The notes under the pieces were generated by a model. It saw only the letters and a program-made list of their open reading frames with translations, did not search any database and was not told the origin of the DNA. A program made the translations under genes and the position numbers. A stretch of 64,000 nucleotides of DNA from Azolla caroliniana (lineage: Eukaryota; Plantae; Polypodiophyta): contig JBHGNT010000002.1 of the NCBI GenBank assembly GCA_043228905.1, forward strand, positions 9,858,001 to 9,922,000. Reading direction: 5' to 3'. Positions 38,782 through 51,462 of the stretch are shown in pieces (the first letter of the stretch is position 1; each line of letters opens with the position of its first letter).

Positions 38782-40595
38782 TTACAAGAAAACTGGTATG
38801 ATCCACTTTACATTAGAACTAACTATGTATAAATCTGAGCAGTTATTGTATTGCGACATCGGGACGTTAATGCACCTGACCAAATGAGAGTACATGTATG
38901 CAACTTGCTTTTCTTCTAAAAGCCCATACACATAATCATAATCATCTAGTCTTGCATAAAAAATACCTTCGATGTAGAATGTCCCGACAGATACAAATTT
39001 CCCCAAGCATCTACAATATTCTGCGTTGCACATTGTTTACAAACTGTGCACTTCAATATATAGAAATTAGCACCCTCTTAATTTCCTTCTTCTGCATTTA
39101 CAACGAAATTATCCCCAACTTTTATGATGTCACTGAGAGTATCTCCACGTCCCTGATATGTGAAGTCCGCATTGTTTTCTATTTCTCCATCAGCCGCTTC
39201 CTTATCATTCAATGCATGGTACTCCCAAATTTGAATATATGCTTTGTTTAAACAATACCTCCAATTTCCCTACACACAATGGAAACAAAAACAAGTTAAT
39301 TCTCTAACTGCAATACAATGACCATCCAACCTAGAATAACCTCGAACAACATGGAGAGATCACAATTCGGGAATTCCTTGACACTCCCATGTCTTCTCCA
39401 TATTTACTTCATCTATCCTCACTTCCCAAAATACACATTTGATATCTCGAACCTGTGAGGAATAAACACTAGTTGCACTCGTTGACATATTAGTTCTTAA
39501 AATTTTGACTACATGTGCTGCACAATTCATATGCACACCATCTGCCTTTAGCTGTTCATGGGTAAGTGCCCGCTTTACAACTGCACCTGCTCCATCATGT
39601 TCACCTTTACCATGGACAGTCGCAAAAAAAATCCATCTCATCTCCAAACCTGTTATAGAAAGATACCTCCCAACAAAATAAAATGGACATCTAACCTTGA
39701 ATTGTGATGCAACTCCGTCAAACCAGACCCAATGTTGAGTAAGCTCCAAATGTTGACGTAATAATCATTGTCAATGTACCTTAAAACAAAGTTGGACAAA
39801 TAAGGTATCATGCTTCTTATCATCAGAAATAAAAAAATGAACTACTTTCTTAACATCACTTGAAACTCGAAAATATGTTATGTGCACAAAAATGGTTACT
39901 TGCACTGAACACCAATGCATGGATTGAATTTCATTCTAATGCTTGAAAGTATATACTACTGAGACTACTACATCATTTGGAAAATAAGATATGCAAGTCT
40001 TAAAGTTATGGGCCTGCCATGAATAAATGAAGTTGTGTTTAATGAACTTTCTAGAGATACTACAAATAGAGATGCCAAATCCCTTGGTTTAAGCGACTTC
40101 CTAACTAGATCCTTTCCTTTACATACCTTTCCTTCGAAAGTGGTGTCCACATACTCAAATAACTTGACAAAGATTAATATTTCACTATTCAACTCTTTGG
40201 ACAGCACGTAAATCTACTAGGTCCACAATCTTGACATAAACCCATGACACATTTATAACTGTGGAATATAGCCTCTAATTCTCGCGGACACAATACTAAA
40301 TCTAAAAGACTACTCATGGAAGAGATAACATGCTTTGATGATTTATAGTACTCTTGCAGGCTAGATCGAAAAATTGGGCACTCACAAGTGCAGACTGCAT
40401 CTTCTAGGGAGGAGCTATGGTAACGTAGTAAATTAATAGAATCCTTGAGAAAACCCATTTGTACATGGTAAATGCAACAACTTGTGTATCAATCCTTTAA
40501 GCGTCTCACAAAGTGTAGCTTAAGAGACTCAAATGTTTGTAGTTGAACTTTGATATTTGGATGCATTCGCTTAAACCTAATAAATAAATCTACCT
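38782..40595 (-). pseudogene. Sola2-like DDD transposase remnant
   Basis: Cys-rich region (CCIYH, CECPIF, LCPRE, CVMGLCQDCG), then EIQSMHW, SDDKKHD, WVWFDGVASQFK and FFATVHGKGEHDGAGAVVKR; stops and deletions present. Confidence 0.7.
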
Positions 40596-40639
40596 ACGTA
40601 ATAAAAAGGGAGTCCAATGAGTATTCTAATGCTATCTAA

Positions 40640-41250
40640 TGTAGCTAATTAGATATAGTGGTAGCCAATTAGCTGATAATAGCTAGTTAGTTATTGGTAA
40701 TAGCTATTTAGCTATTACCAGTAGCTAGTTAGTTATGGTCATATTATGATGCTAATTAGCTAACAATTGTAGCTAATTAGCTGATAATAGCTAGTTAGCT
40801 ATTGCCAATAGCTAATTAGTTATTACCAGTAGCTAATTAGCTATTACAAGTAGCTAATGAGCTATTGCCAATAGCTAATTAGCTATTACCAATAGCTAAT
40901 AGCTAACTAGCTATGATGATATTCTGATGTAGCTAATTAGTTGATAATAGGTAGTTAGCTATTACCAATAGCTAATTAGCTATGGTCATATTTTGATGCT
41001 AATTAGCAACGGTTGTAGCTAATTAGGTGATAATAGCTAGTTAGCTATAACTAGTAGCTAATTAGTTATTACCAATAGCTAATTAGCCATTACAAGTAGC
41101 TAATGAGCTATTACCAGTAGCTAGTTAGCTATTTCTAGTAGCTAATTAGCTATGATCATATTCTGATGTAGTTAATTAGCTATTGTGGTAGCTAATTAGC
41201 TGATAATAGGTAGTTAGCTATTGGCAATAGCTAGTTAGCTATGGTCATAT
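40640..41250. repeat. Second TAGCTAATTAGCTA array with ~240-250-bp higher-order periodicity
   Basis: The atggtcatatt block recurs at ~40735, ~40982 and ~41241. Confidence 0.9.
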
Positions 41251-41343
41251 TGTAGAAAGTAGCGTGCGGAAGCAAGTATTAAGACCGAACAGAAGGAAGG
41301 AAACTCAGGTTTAATGGAGAGCTAGAGCTTACACAGTATACAC

Positions 41344-41391
<48 letters not shown>

Positions 41392-44300
41392 AGACGAACT
41401 ATATTCAATAACAACCCAATCTCTATTCACCACACTCTATACATATGTGTGTTCCATGAACACTTTTATACAAGTCCTCGAAGGACTGACAGAAGTATTG
41501 ACCGTACTTCAATGCTCTTTAAGAGCTCCTACACTAACTCCAAAATATATTCCTCACAGAATATCTTTCCTAACGGCCTCCCGGTTTACACACTCGGCCT
41601 AACCGATCGGTCCCAACAGATCCGGTCCTCGGCTTCTTCAGTCGATCCGGCCTATGTTGAGCTTGTCTCTCAACACTTCCCCTCAAGCTCAACTCGAGGA
41701 TCTTCGGGATCCTCGGGCTCACAGCTCCGGTTCCTCCTGGCTTCACGCCTCGCTTGCGCTCCTCGACCTGTTCGACTTCGCGCACTTCGACCCTTCCGGT
41801 CGGCTTGTCTGCTCATGTGGCCCTCATCAGCTCTCCTGCTGTTGCGGTGTTGACGCTTCTTCTACTGCCTTTTCTTCCGCTTGGGCCTCGGTTGATTCAG
41901 CGTGTCTGAATCAAACATCCAAACCGACTCGGCTACCTCCGATAGGTTTTCGCTCTCGTCTGAGTTGGCTGTCTCCAACTCGTCTTCGGTCTTCTCGCCC
42001 TCGATGGCGTCATCTTCCCAATTCGTGGTTGGCTTCGTCTCTCTCCTTCGGCTGCTCCCCTTATGTCCGATTTCGGATTTTTCCGCGGGTCTGCCCTCGG
42101 CTTCTTCAGCCAATCCGAAGTCGAACTCGAGAACCGACTCATTGTCCCAGTCTCCGCTCCTTTCCTGCTGCCTTGCTTGGTCGTTCGGGACTGTTCTCCC
42201 CCTCAAGTTCGGCACGTCGAGGTGACGCAATCCGAGCGCACCCAAGAATTGCCGCAACTTGTCCAGACCAAGAGGCTTGGTGAAGATGTCGGCAATCTGC
42301 CGATCCGTCGGAACGTACTAAAGTTCGACTTCACCGGAAAGGACACACTCATGGACGAAATGGTAGTCCACCTCAATGTGCTTGGTCCGTGCATGGAAAA
42401 CGGGGTTTTTCGCGAGCTGCATGCTGCTGAGGTTGTCGCAGTAGATCGTCGTCGGATCTGACACCTCCTCTTGCAGGTCCTTAAGTAGCCGCTTCAACCA
42501 TATGGCTTCGCATGTTGCGACAGCCGCTCCTCGGTACTCAGCTTCGGTGCTCGACAATGCAACTGTCGGCTGCTTCTTACTGCTCCACGCGATTGCGGCA
42601 CTCCCGAGGGAGAACGCGTATCCGGACGTGGATCGGCGATCAGCGGCATTGCCAGCCCAGTTAGCATCGGTGTAGCCGACTAACCGCGCGGCTTCACCGG
42701 TCCGATATAGCAGTCCACGGTCCTTAGTACCGCTTATGTACTGCAGTACGCGTTGCGCACACTGAAGGTGCTCCTCGGTAGGTCACGCCATGAACTGACT
42801 GATCACCCCGACCGGATAACTGAGGTCGGGTCGGGTGATGGTCAAGTATATGAGGCTTCCGACAATTTGTCGGAACCTCGTCGGGTCGCATACCTTTCCC
42901 GTGTTGGGACGAAGCTTGACGGTTCTGTCCAGAGGAGTCAAGACGGACTTACAGTCGGCCATCCCGAATATGAAGAGCATACCCAGCACGTAATGACATT
43001 GGCTGATCAATATGCCTTCGGGCGTACAGATCACTTCGATCCCGAGGAAGTAATGAAGGTCCCCCAGATCCTTCATGTCGAACGATGCCGCAAGCTGGAG
43101 CTTCACACGGTCGATTTCACCTAGGTCGACGCCGGTGATGACCAAGTCATCAACATATAGTAAAATACTAACCGGTCCGAGTCGACCTTTCCGAATGAAC
43201 AGGGAAGAGTCTGATTTTGACGTGACGAAGCCCATCCGACGCAGTTGTTGCGTGATCTTCGCGTTCCAGGCATGCGGGGCTTGCTTCAATCCGTAAAGGG
43301 ACTTCTTCAGTCGGCATACTGCCGAGGAGTTTGTTCCGGAGTGAAATCTGGGGGGCTATACCATGTACACTTGTTCCTCAAGGTCACCTTGCAGGAACGC
43401 ATTTTTTACATCCATTTGATATAGGTGCCACCCCTTGGCCGCGGCTATTGCGAGCAAAACACGGACAGTCGTCATTTTCACGACCGGCGCAAATGTCTCA
43501 TCGTAGTCGATGTCGTGTTTCTGCACGTAGCCCTTTGCCACTAGCCGAGCCTTGTACCAGTTGACCGAGCCATCGGTGTTGTACTTGACCTTGTACACCC
43601 ACCTACACCCGATCGGTTTTACCCCTTTTGGTGTGTCAACCAGGTCCCATGTCTCGTTCTCCGCCAATGCGTGCATCTCTTCCTCCATCGCGGCACGCCA
43701 ATTCGCGTCTTTAGCCGCTTCTGCGTAGCTCTCTGGCTCACGCACTTCCGCTACACGGGTCATGTACGCATAATGATGTGCCATGTACTCGTTGTATCTG
43801 AACCGCAAGACATCGTTCTTCTGGAGGGTAGATCGGCGTAATCTCACATTAGCCGATGTCGAGGCCTTCTCGGTCGACGCAGACTTTACCTTTAAAGACC
43901 CGTCACCGGTTCCCTCGGAGTCGGACTCGCGTCGGTCTGACTCGTTCCTATCCGTGCCAAAATCCGATACCTTCTTCTTCCCTTTCTCTTTGCGCGTAAG
44001 CCGTCTCCTTGGCTTCCTGCGCGGGGAATGCACGGCCGAGTCTCCACTACTCGCCGGCTCTTCATCAGACTGGTCGTACCGACTCAGTCGTCCAATCGGT
44101 CCACTTAAACGGAGCGAAATCGGACTCTCTTCGCGGGTCTCGATTTCGGGCTCACCCGGAGGCAGCTCGGCCTCGTTGACCTCATCGTCAGAACTCGGCT
44201 TGGAGTCAGGGTTCGGAGTCGGGGGCTGGTACCAGGACGCGGACTCGTCAAACACAACGTCGCGGCTAACACGCGCTTGTTTGGTGCGAGGGTTATAGCA

Positions 44301-46357
44301 CTTATAACCCTTCTGCTTGTCCGAGTAACCGACCAAGATGCATTTCTCGGCCTTTGCGTCCAGCTTCCTCCTTTTCTCCTTCGGTACATGCACATACGCA
44401 ATGCTACCGAACACCCTCAAGTGTCGCAAGTTCGGCTTCGTTCCGAAATACAGCTCGTGCGCTGACACTTTGTCTCCGATCCGGTTCTGGATGTATACCG
44501 CGGTCCTCACCGCCTCGGCCCAGTAGAACTTGGGCAATCTCTTCTCCTCCAACATTGCCCGTGCCGCTTCCACAACTAACCGATTCTTCCTCTCGGCCAC
44601 GCCGTTCTGCTCCGGCGTGTATCTACAACTGAATTCGCGGCGAATTCCCATTTGTTGTAGGTAACCGTTGAATTGACCAGAAAAGTACTCTTTCCCGCCA
44701 TCCGACCGCAGGCACCTGATCTTTCGTCCCGTGTCCGTTTCCACGAACCCTTTGAGGTCCCGGAAACAGTCGAAGACTTCGCTCTTCCTCTCAATGAGGT
44801 AGATCCACGTGTGCCGCGTGTGGTCGTCGATGAAGGAGACGAAATATCGGCTCCCGCCAAGACTAACGTTTTGTGCCGGCCCCCACACATCGGAGTGTAT
44901 AAGGTCGAGCTTGTTCCGGCTTCGGTTTCGCTCGTTGGGGAAAGGAAGTCGGTGTTGCTTCTCGAGCTGGCAGGCTTCACAAATTTGTGCCTTTCGGCCA
45001 CTAAATTTGGGCAATCCGAACACTACCTGTTTCGATTGCAGATCTTGAAGCCGTTGGTAGTTGATGTGGCCTATCCGCTTGTGCCACAAGTCAATGTCCA
45101 ACTGGGTTTTTGTCCCTTCGCGAACATTGCGGTGCCACCGTCAGTGGAGTCGAGGATGAACATCCTCCCGTCTCTGCGCCCTTGCGCAATCACACGGCCT
45201 TCTTCCTCAATGAAGCACCCGAGGTGTGTAAACCGAACCTCCATCCCTTGGTCGACGATCTGTCCGACCGAGACCAAGTTCTTCGTGATTGTCGGAACGT
45301 GCAGCACGTTCATGAGTTTCCCTTTCTGCCCGACATGGCTAAGGGGAACTTCTCCGACATTCGCGATCGGATGCGAAGTGTCGTCTCCAGTTGCGACTAC
45401 TCCAGGTTGTATCGGTTTTTCAAGGTACGAGAACCACTCCTTATGGCTCGTCATGTGGTTTGACGTGCTGGAGTTGCTGTCGGCATCACTTCGGTGCCTT
45501 CTTCCTTGATCTCGTCGGCCGCCTCCATTGCGCGCCGACTTGCCTCGTCCTCCACGTCCACGGGGCCTATCTCCCTCCGTGTACAACATTCTACTGTCGG
45601 CGTGCGTGCTTGTAGACGCACCCGCGTGGTTCTCCTCTACCAGGAGCATTGACTGTAAGTCGAAAAAGGACAGCGTATTCTCCCGGGTACACACAGCCGT
45701 TCGGAACACTCCGAACTTCGACGCCAAACCTCCAAGATAGATCTGGACCATCTCGCTCTCCTCGATGTTCACCTCTATGGAGGTGAGGGAGTCGCAGATA
45801 TCCTTGATCTTCGAGGTATAGTCCGCCACCGACAAGTCGCGTTGTCGTAGGTTGCTCAACTCCTGTCGGAGCTAAAGCTTCCTGGCTGTGGTGCTCGCAG
45901 CGAAAATCTTCTTCAGATTTTCCCACGCACCCTTCGGCGTCTTTGCATCCCGAACATAGCTCAATAGCTGTTCGCCCACACACGACACGAAGCAGTACAA
46001 TACCCTGCTCGCCGATTGCTCCCACGACGGGAAGTCTCTGTGTGTCGATTCGGTTGCCGCGTCATTAGCTCCTTCGACATAACTCCAGTAGCCGTGCCCG
46101 AGCAGGTACTAGTGCATCTTGTAAGACCAAGACGCATAGTTGGTTCTGTCGAGCTTCTCTGTTGGAAGCGAGTTCGCCATGCCTCTATCCATCGTTCTTC
46201 TTGTTCTTCTTCGTCAAGCTGTGTCGGCTGCAGAGAGGTTCTCAACCCTCGCGCTCTGATACCATGTAGAAAGTAGCGTGCGGAAGCAAGTATTAAGACC
46301 GAACAGAAGGAAGGAAACTCAGGTTTAATGGAGAGCTAGAGCTTACACAGTATACGC

Positions 46358-46401
<44 letters not shown>

Positions 46402-46685
46402 AAACGAACTATATTCAATAACAACCCAATCTCTATTCACCACACTCTATACATATGTGTGTTCCATGAACACTTTTATACAAGTCCTCGAAGGACTGAC
46501 AGAAGTACTGACCGTACTTCAATGCTCTTTAAGAGCTCCTACACTAACTCCCAAATATATTCCTCACGGAATATCTTTCCTAACGGCCTCCCGGTTTACG
46601 CACTCGGCCTAACCGATCAGTCCCAACCGATCCGGTCCTCGGCTTCTTTAGCCGATCTGGCCGATGTTGAGCTTGTCTCTCAACA
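41251..46685 (-). mobile_element. Full-length young Ty1/Copia element (family C)
   Basis: LTRs 41251-41675 and 46265-46685 differ by about a dozen substitutions plus AG-tract length; exact TSD CATAT; iMet PBS 46253-46264; PPT at 41676. Confidence 0.96.
41690..46192 (-). pseudogene. Copia-C gag-pol with a long integrase-RT ORF (43356-45101); zinc knuckle and protease active site deleted
   Basis: [58 protein letters not shown]. Gag reads straight from DADSNS into STSNHMT, with no CCHC and no DSG motif. Confidence 0.92.
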
Positions 46686-46689
46686 CATA

Positions 46690-46973
46690 TGTTGAGAATA
46701 AAACTCAACTTCCCTAGTGTCGGAACACACCCTAGTGTGTGAACACCCCACCACCTACTATAGTAACTAGTGTGTCATAGAATCTTATAGTTCTATGACA
46801 CATATGTAGTGTAGTTAAGTTTCCACCTCCCTTTAGTTAAGAGGTGGTTGTAGAAAGAGATTATAGAGAGAAGGTGACTATATAAGCACCTTCCCACCTT
46901 ATTTGTAACTGTTGGTTGTTCTTGTTTCCCTCGTAATATAGTTTTATATAATCTTGAGCTCTCACTCTCTCTC

Positions 46974-47005
<32 letters not shown>

Positions 47006-48656
47006 AGTTCTTCCGCTGCACAGAATCACTATCAATTCTTTACATGGTATCAGAGCACGTGGTAGCTTGATCGAAGCCCATTGCCCATGTGTGTGTTGTG
47101 CCCAATCCCACGTTCGGAAAGAATCGGGTGATCACTGTAGCAACAACCTCCACATTTTGTATCAAAGAGAAGAAGAAGAAGAAGTTCGACAATGAACACT
47201 CAAATGGGAAGCGCTCTTCCTACCAGGAAGCTCGATAGAAACAACTTTGCATCTTGGGTGTAAAAGATGCACCAATACCTTGTCAGCCAAGGCTATTGGG
47301 GCTATATTGAGGGAGCACAAGAAATGCAACCCAACGCCGACACACACCGACTACCCAACCTAGGAGCAGGCTGCGAGTTATGTGCTATACTGCCTTGCAT
47401 TATGCGTACATGATCACATGCTTGGCTACATTCAAGAGGCAAAAATGCCGAAGGAGGCGTGGGGAATCTAAAGAAAATCTTCGCGGCCAATATCACTTCT
47501 CACAAGCTTTAATTCCATCAGGAGTTGAACGGTATTCAACAGAGGGACATGACAATCGGCAACTACATCTTGAAGATCAACGAGTTGTGTGATGCCCTTG
47601 GATCGATCAATATTAGCATTGACAAAGATGAAATGGTGTAGATATGTCTTAGAGGCTTGGCACCTAGGTTCGGTGCAATAAGGTCGGCCGTTATCGTGAG
47701 AGAGAATCCTCCCTCCTTCAATCTCCAATCAATGTTACTGGTGGAAGAAAATCACGTCTGAACAAAGAGCAATATGCAAGAAGGACACATGATCTATTCA
47801 AACTCGGATGGAGGAAGAGGACAAGGTCATGGCAAAAGAGGCCGATTTGGGCAAGGCCGACACAACAACCAAGGGCAGTCCCATGAGCATAACTTCTACT
47901 ATCGACAAGATGTCACGAACCCATGAGGAGGAGCCTCGGGTAGAAGGGGGAGCAATCATGCCGGACCCAGCCAACAGAACAACTCCATCGAGTGCGGATA
48001 TTGTGGCAGAGTGTCGAAAAAAGAAAAGTGATACAGCATTCACAAGCCGACAACTCACTAATTACGCCTCAAATTCCGACTACGACGATCGTGGCCGAAT
48101 GTTCTTGATGCGACATAGAGCGAACTTGATGACAAAATCATGCTCGACCAACACCTCCAATACCAAAGATGTTTGGTTTGTCGATTTAGGTGCGTCAAAT
48201 CACATGTCGTCTCATGCAGATTGGTTTTGAGAACTCCAAAAACCCAATTGACCCGGCTATGTTGAAATTGGGGATGACACAATACACCCCATTAAGCATG
48301 TTGGCAATGTCCCATTCGACGAAGAGGGCAACCAGACCTACATCAAAAATGTATTGTATGTTCCAACAGTAATGAAGAATCTGGTCTCAGTCGGCCAGAT
48401 CGTGGAACACGGCATGCAAGTTCGGTTTAACGATGGAGGGTGCTTCATTGAAAAGGAAGGCCGAATTATCACTCGCGGTCAAAGAGAAGGCCGAATGTTC
48501 ATCCTCGACTCTCACGAGATGAAATCGGCAATGTATGCCAATGTTGTAAAGCTGACACAAACAGAACTCCTGGATTTTACCGAAAAGGAGATGACAAGTG
48601 TATGTGAAGCCTGTCAATTCCGAACACAATATCGACAACCGTTCCCGAAAGAGAGG
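46690..48656 (+). mobile_element. Copia 5' fragment (family D1): LTR 46690-47044, PBS, gag, protease, GAG-pre-integrase
   Basis: tggtatcagagc at 47045; WFVDLGASNHMS; CEACQF. Confidence 0.88.
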
Positions 48657-48815
48657 TGTTGAGAGTCGAACTCAACTTCCCATAGAGATAGGTTTCACAC
48701 TAGCTCATGGACACACCAGGCTAGTTTTGTAAATAGTTGAAAGGGCACTTGCCCTAGCCTAGTTGGTATTTAAACCAACCCTTTGTAACCTAGTTGTTGT
48801 TGGAAGTAATATACA

Positions 48816-48922
<107 letters not shown>

Positions 48923-49483
48923 CGTGTCTTACCTGCACACACAGAGTCATATTCCGCTACACTAAATCTCTCTCCATTCTTTACATGGTATCAGAGCGTT
49001 TGGTTATTTGATCAAACTCACTCAACTGTGCTATGATCACAACATCAACGATCATCAGAACCAGTTCAACCAATAGAGAAGAAATCGAAATCATGAACAC
49101 TCAGACGGGAAGCGCTCTTCCTACAGAGAAGCTAGATTGAACAAACTTTGCATCTTGGGAGTACAAGATGCATCAATATCTTGTCGGACAAGGCTATTGG
49201 AGCTATATTGAAAGTGCCCATGAAACGCAACCAACGTTGTTTACGTACACGTATTTAACGTATCAATACGTATAATACCTTCTTATTTGTATAGTACGTA
49301 CCATACGTCAAAGTTGTTCATTCAAATGTCATATACATTCGTCTAATATGGTATTTAACGTACCTTTAAAAAAAATACGTATAGTACGTATTTATAGAAA
49401 ATGTGAGTAAAACCCTAAAGAAAGCAAAAGAAAAGAACAACTTTAGTAAAATAGAAGGAAGGAAGAAAGACGGACAGAATAGA

Positions 49484-49756
49484 CGAAGAAGAAGAAGAAG
49501 AAGAAGAAGAAGAAGAAGAAGAAACAGAAAAAGCAGAAGAAGAAGCACTAGAAGAAGAAGAAGAAGAAACAGAAAAAGCAGAAGAAGAAGCACTAGAAGA
49601 AGAAGAAGAAGCAGAAAAAGCAGAAGAAGAAGAAGAAGAAGAAGAAGAAGAAGAAGAAGAAGAAGAAGCACTAGAAGAAGAAGAACAACAAGAAGAACAA
49701 CAACAACAACAAGAACAACAAGAACAACAAGAACAACAAGAAGAACAAGAAGAAAA
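49484..49756. repeat. Compound (GAA)n/(CAA)n microsatellite
   Basis: Directly visible; produces the spurious poly-R and poly-L ORFs. Confidence 0.97.
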
Positions 49757-50589
49757 TAAAATCAGGTTGGTGAATATGTTTCTTTCTTTTATTTTTTATG
49801 ATTAAGTATACCTCCCATTTTGTTGTATTCCAATGTCAAGTTGTATGATAATACCAAATGACAAGGGAGATTTAATTTTTAGTTGATCTAGTTTACGTAT
49901 GCTTGTGTCCAGCAATCTATCTATTCCACAATAATGCATCTATACAAGTAACAAATTGGTAGACAATTGTAATTGACGTCATGCAATAAAACTCTCCTCT
50001 TTGCAAGTGTTGAGATCAAATATTATAGGAACCATGTGTTGAAACTCAAACATGTATGTATACATGTAGACAATGTGTTCAAAATCTTTCACAATTTGTA
50101 GCATTAGCTAATCCTTTGCTTATTGATTTTAGTGGTTGTATCCCATTTGAATTCATTTCAGAAATTGATCATTCTAATTTACTTTCCATGTTACTATAAA
50201 TGACATTGGATTCCAAAAACATTGAAGATCTCAATTTCGTGTCATGGGAAAAGTGCTTGGTCCTTTTTTAATGATGTCCCATTTTGTATCATTTGCAATG
50301 CATATTTATTTTTGTTAACAACTACTCATTTTTTGGAATATCATGGTTTTGGTTGTTTGCTTTTGAATGTGATGGGTATGAATAAATGTGCACTTGCTAG
50401 AACCCTTTCAATACAGCCTCCATATACATGGTGTGTCCTTTATCTGTAGGCCCTAATAAACCGCACACTTTTAGGACATGGGCAATGTATATGCATCCGG
50501 AAAGATTCCATCAACTTGCATTTTATCGAAAGAATCTAATGCTTTCTCAGTAGTTCTATACTCAACAAACCCTCCAATGAGAGCATTCC

Positions 50590-51075
50590 TTTAAGACACA
50601 AGAAAAGGTGAAAGTGTTTGGTAGTAATAAGTATCCCCTCATCTTGTATCTTTTCAAAGCTTTTCAGTGCATCCTCAACGGGTCCATGCTCAGCATATCA
50701 TGCAATCAATGTTGTCCATAATACCACATCTCGGTTGGACATTCGGTTGAAAACATTTTGCACTTCCACTATAGATCCACATTTGACATACATATCTAGC
50801 AAAGCACTATGAATAAATTAATCTTCATTGAACCCTTTCTGTACATCTTCAAGATGGATCCGGTTGGACATTCGGTTTAAAACATTTTGCACTTCCACTA
50901 TAGATCCACATTTGTCCATAATACCACATCTCGGTTGGACATTCGGTTGAAAACATTTTGCACTTCCACTATAGATTCACATTTGACATACATATCTAGC
51001 AAAGCACTATGAATAAATAGATCTTCATCGAACCCTTTCTGTACATCTTCAAGATGGATTTCTTGACCAAATTCT
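50590..51075 (-). pseudogene. Captured, partly duplicated PLS-class PPR gene fragment inside the hAT
   Basis: GQEIH...DLFIHSALLDMYVKC...VFNRMSNRDVVLWT...HGPVEDALKSFEKIQDEG; segment repeated at ~50715-50860 and ~50915-51060. Confidence 0.8.
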
Positions 51076-51462
51076 ACTTCCCTTTTGGCTTCCAAACTTG
51101 TTGAATTTTTGCTTTTATGCATGTCGTTATTACGTTAAGCATTAAGGCTCTTTAGTTAAGTTATGGTAATTTTTGCTTCCTTTTTAGCTTCCAAAAGAGT
51201 TGAATTTTCTGTTTTTATACATGTCCTTAATTGTAACATTTTCTTGTATTTGCTTTCTATGAATAAAAGATACTCTTGAGTATCCTGTAGTTGCTTATTT
51301 AAAGTAGTATAATCCTCATCCTCCCTGAAGGTTGATCTATTCAAAGTTTTCAGTTCTTCGATTTGCTTTAATGCATTCATATAATCTTGCTCCTCTTTTT
51401 GTGCATTATTTTCCATTTTCAATATCTCAATTTTATTGATTTGTAGAAAATAAAGAAGGAAA

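Larger units (their letters stand above)
34893..41250. mobile_element. Sola2-like DNA transposon with two convergent genes; right end cut off by Copia insertions
   Basis: Copia gag homology stops abruptly at a GGG start (fits the recalled Sola2 5'-GRG terminus); minus-strand transposase motifs; AGCTAATT arrays throughout. Superfamily assigned from recalled motifs. Confidence 0.55.

Noticed and set aside
49366-49759. Poly-Arg and poly-Leu ORFs
   Set aside because: Translations of the (GAA)n microsatellite.
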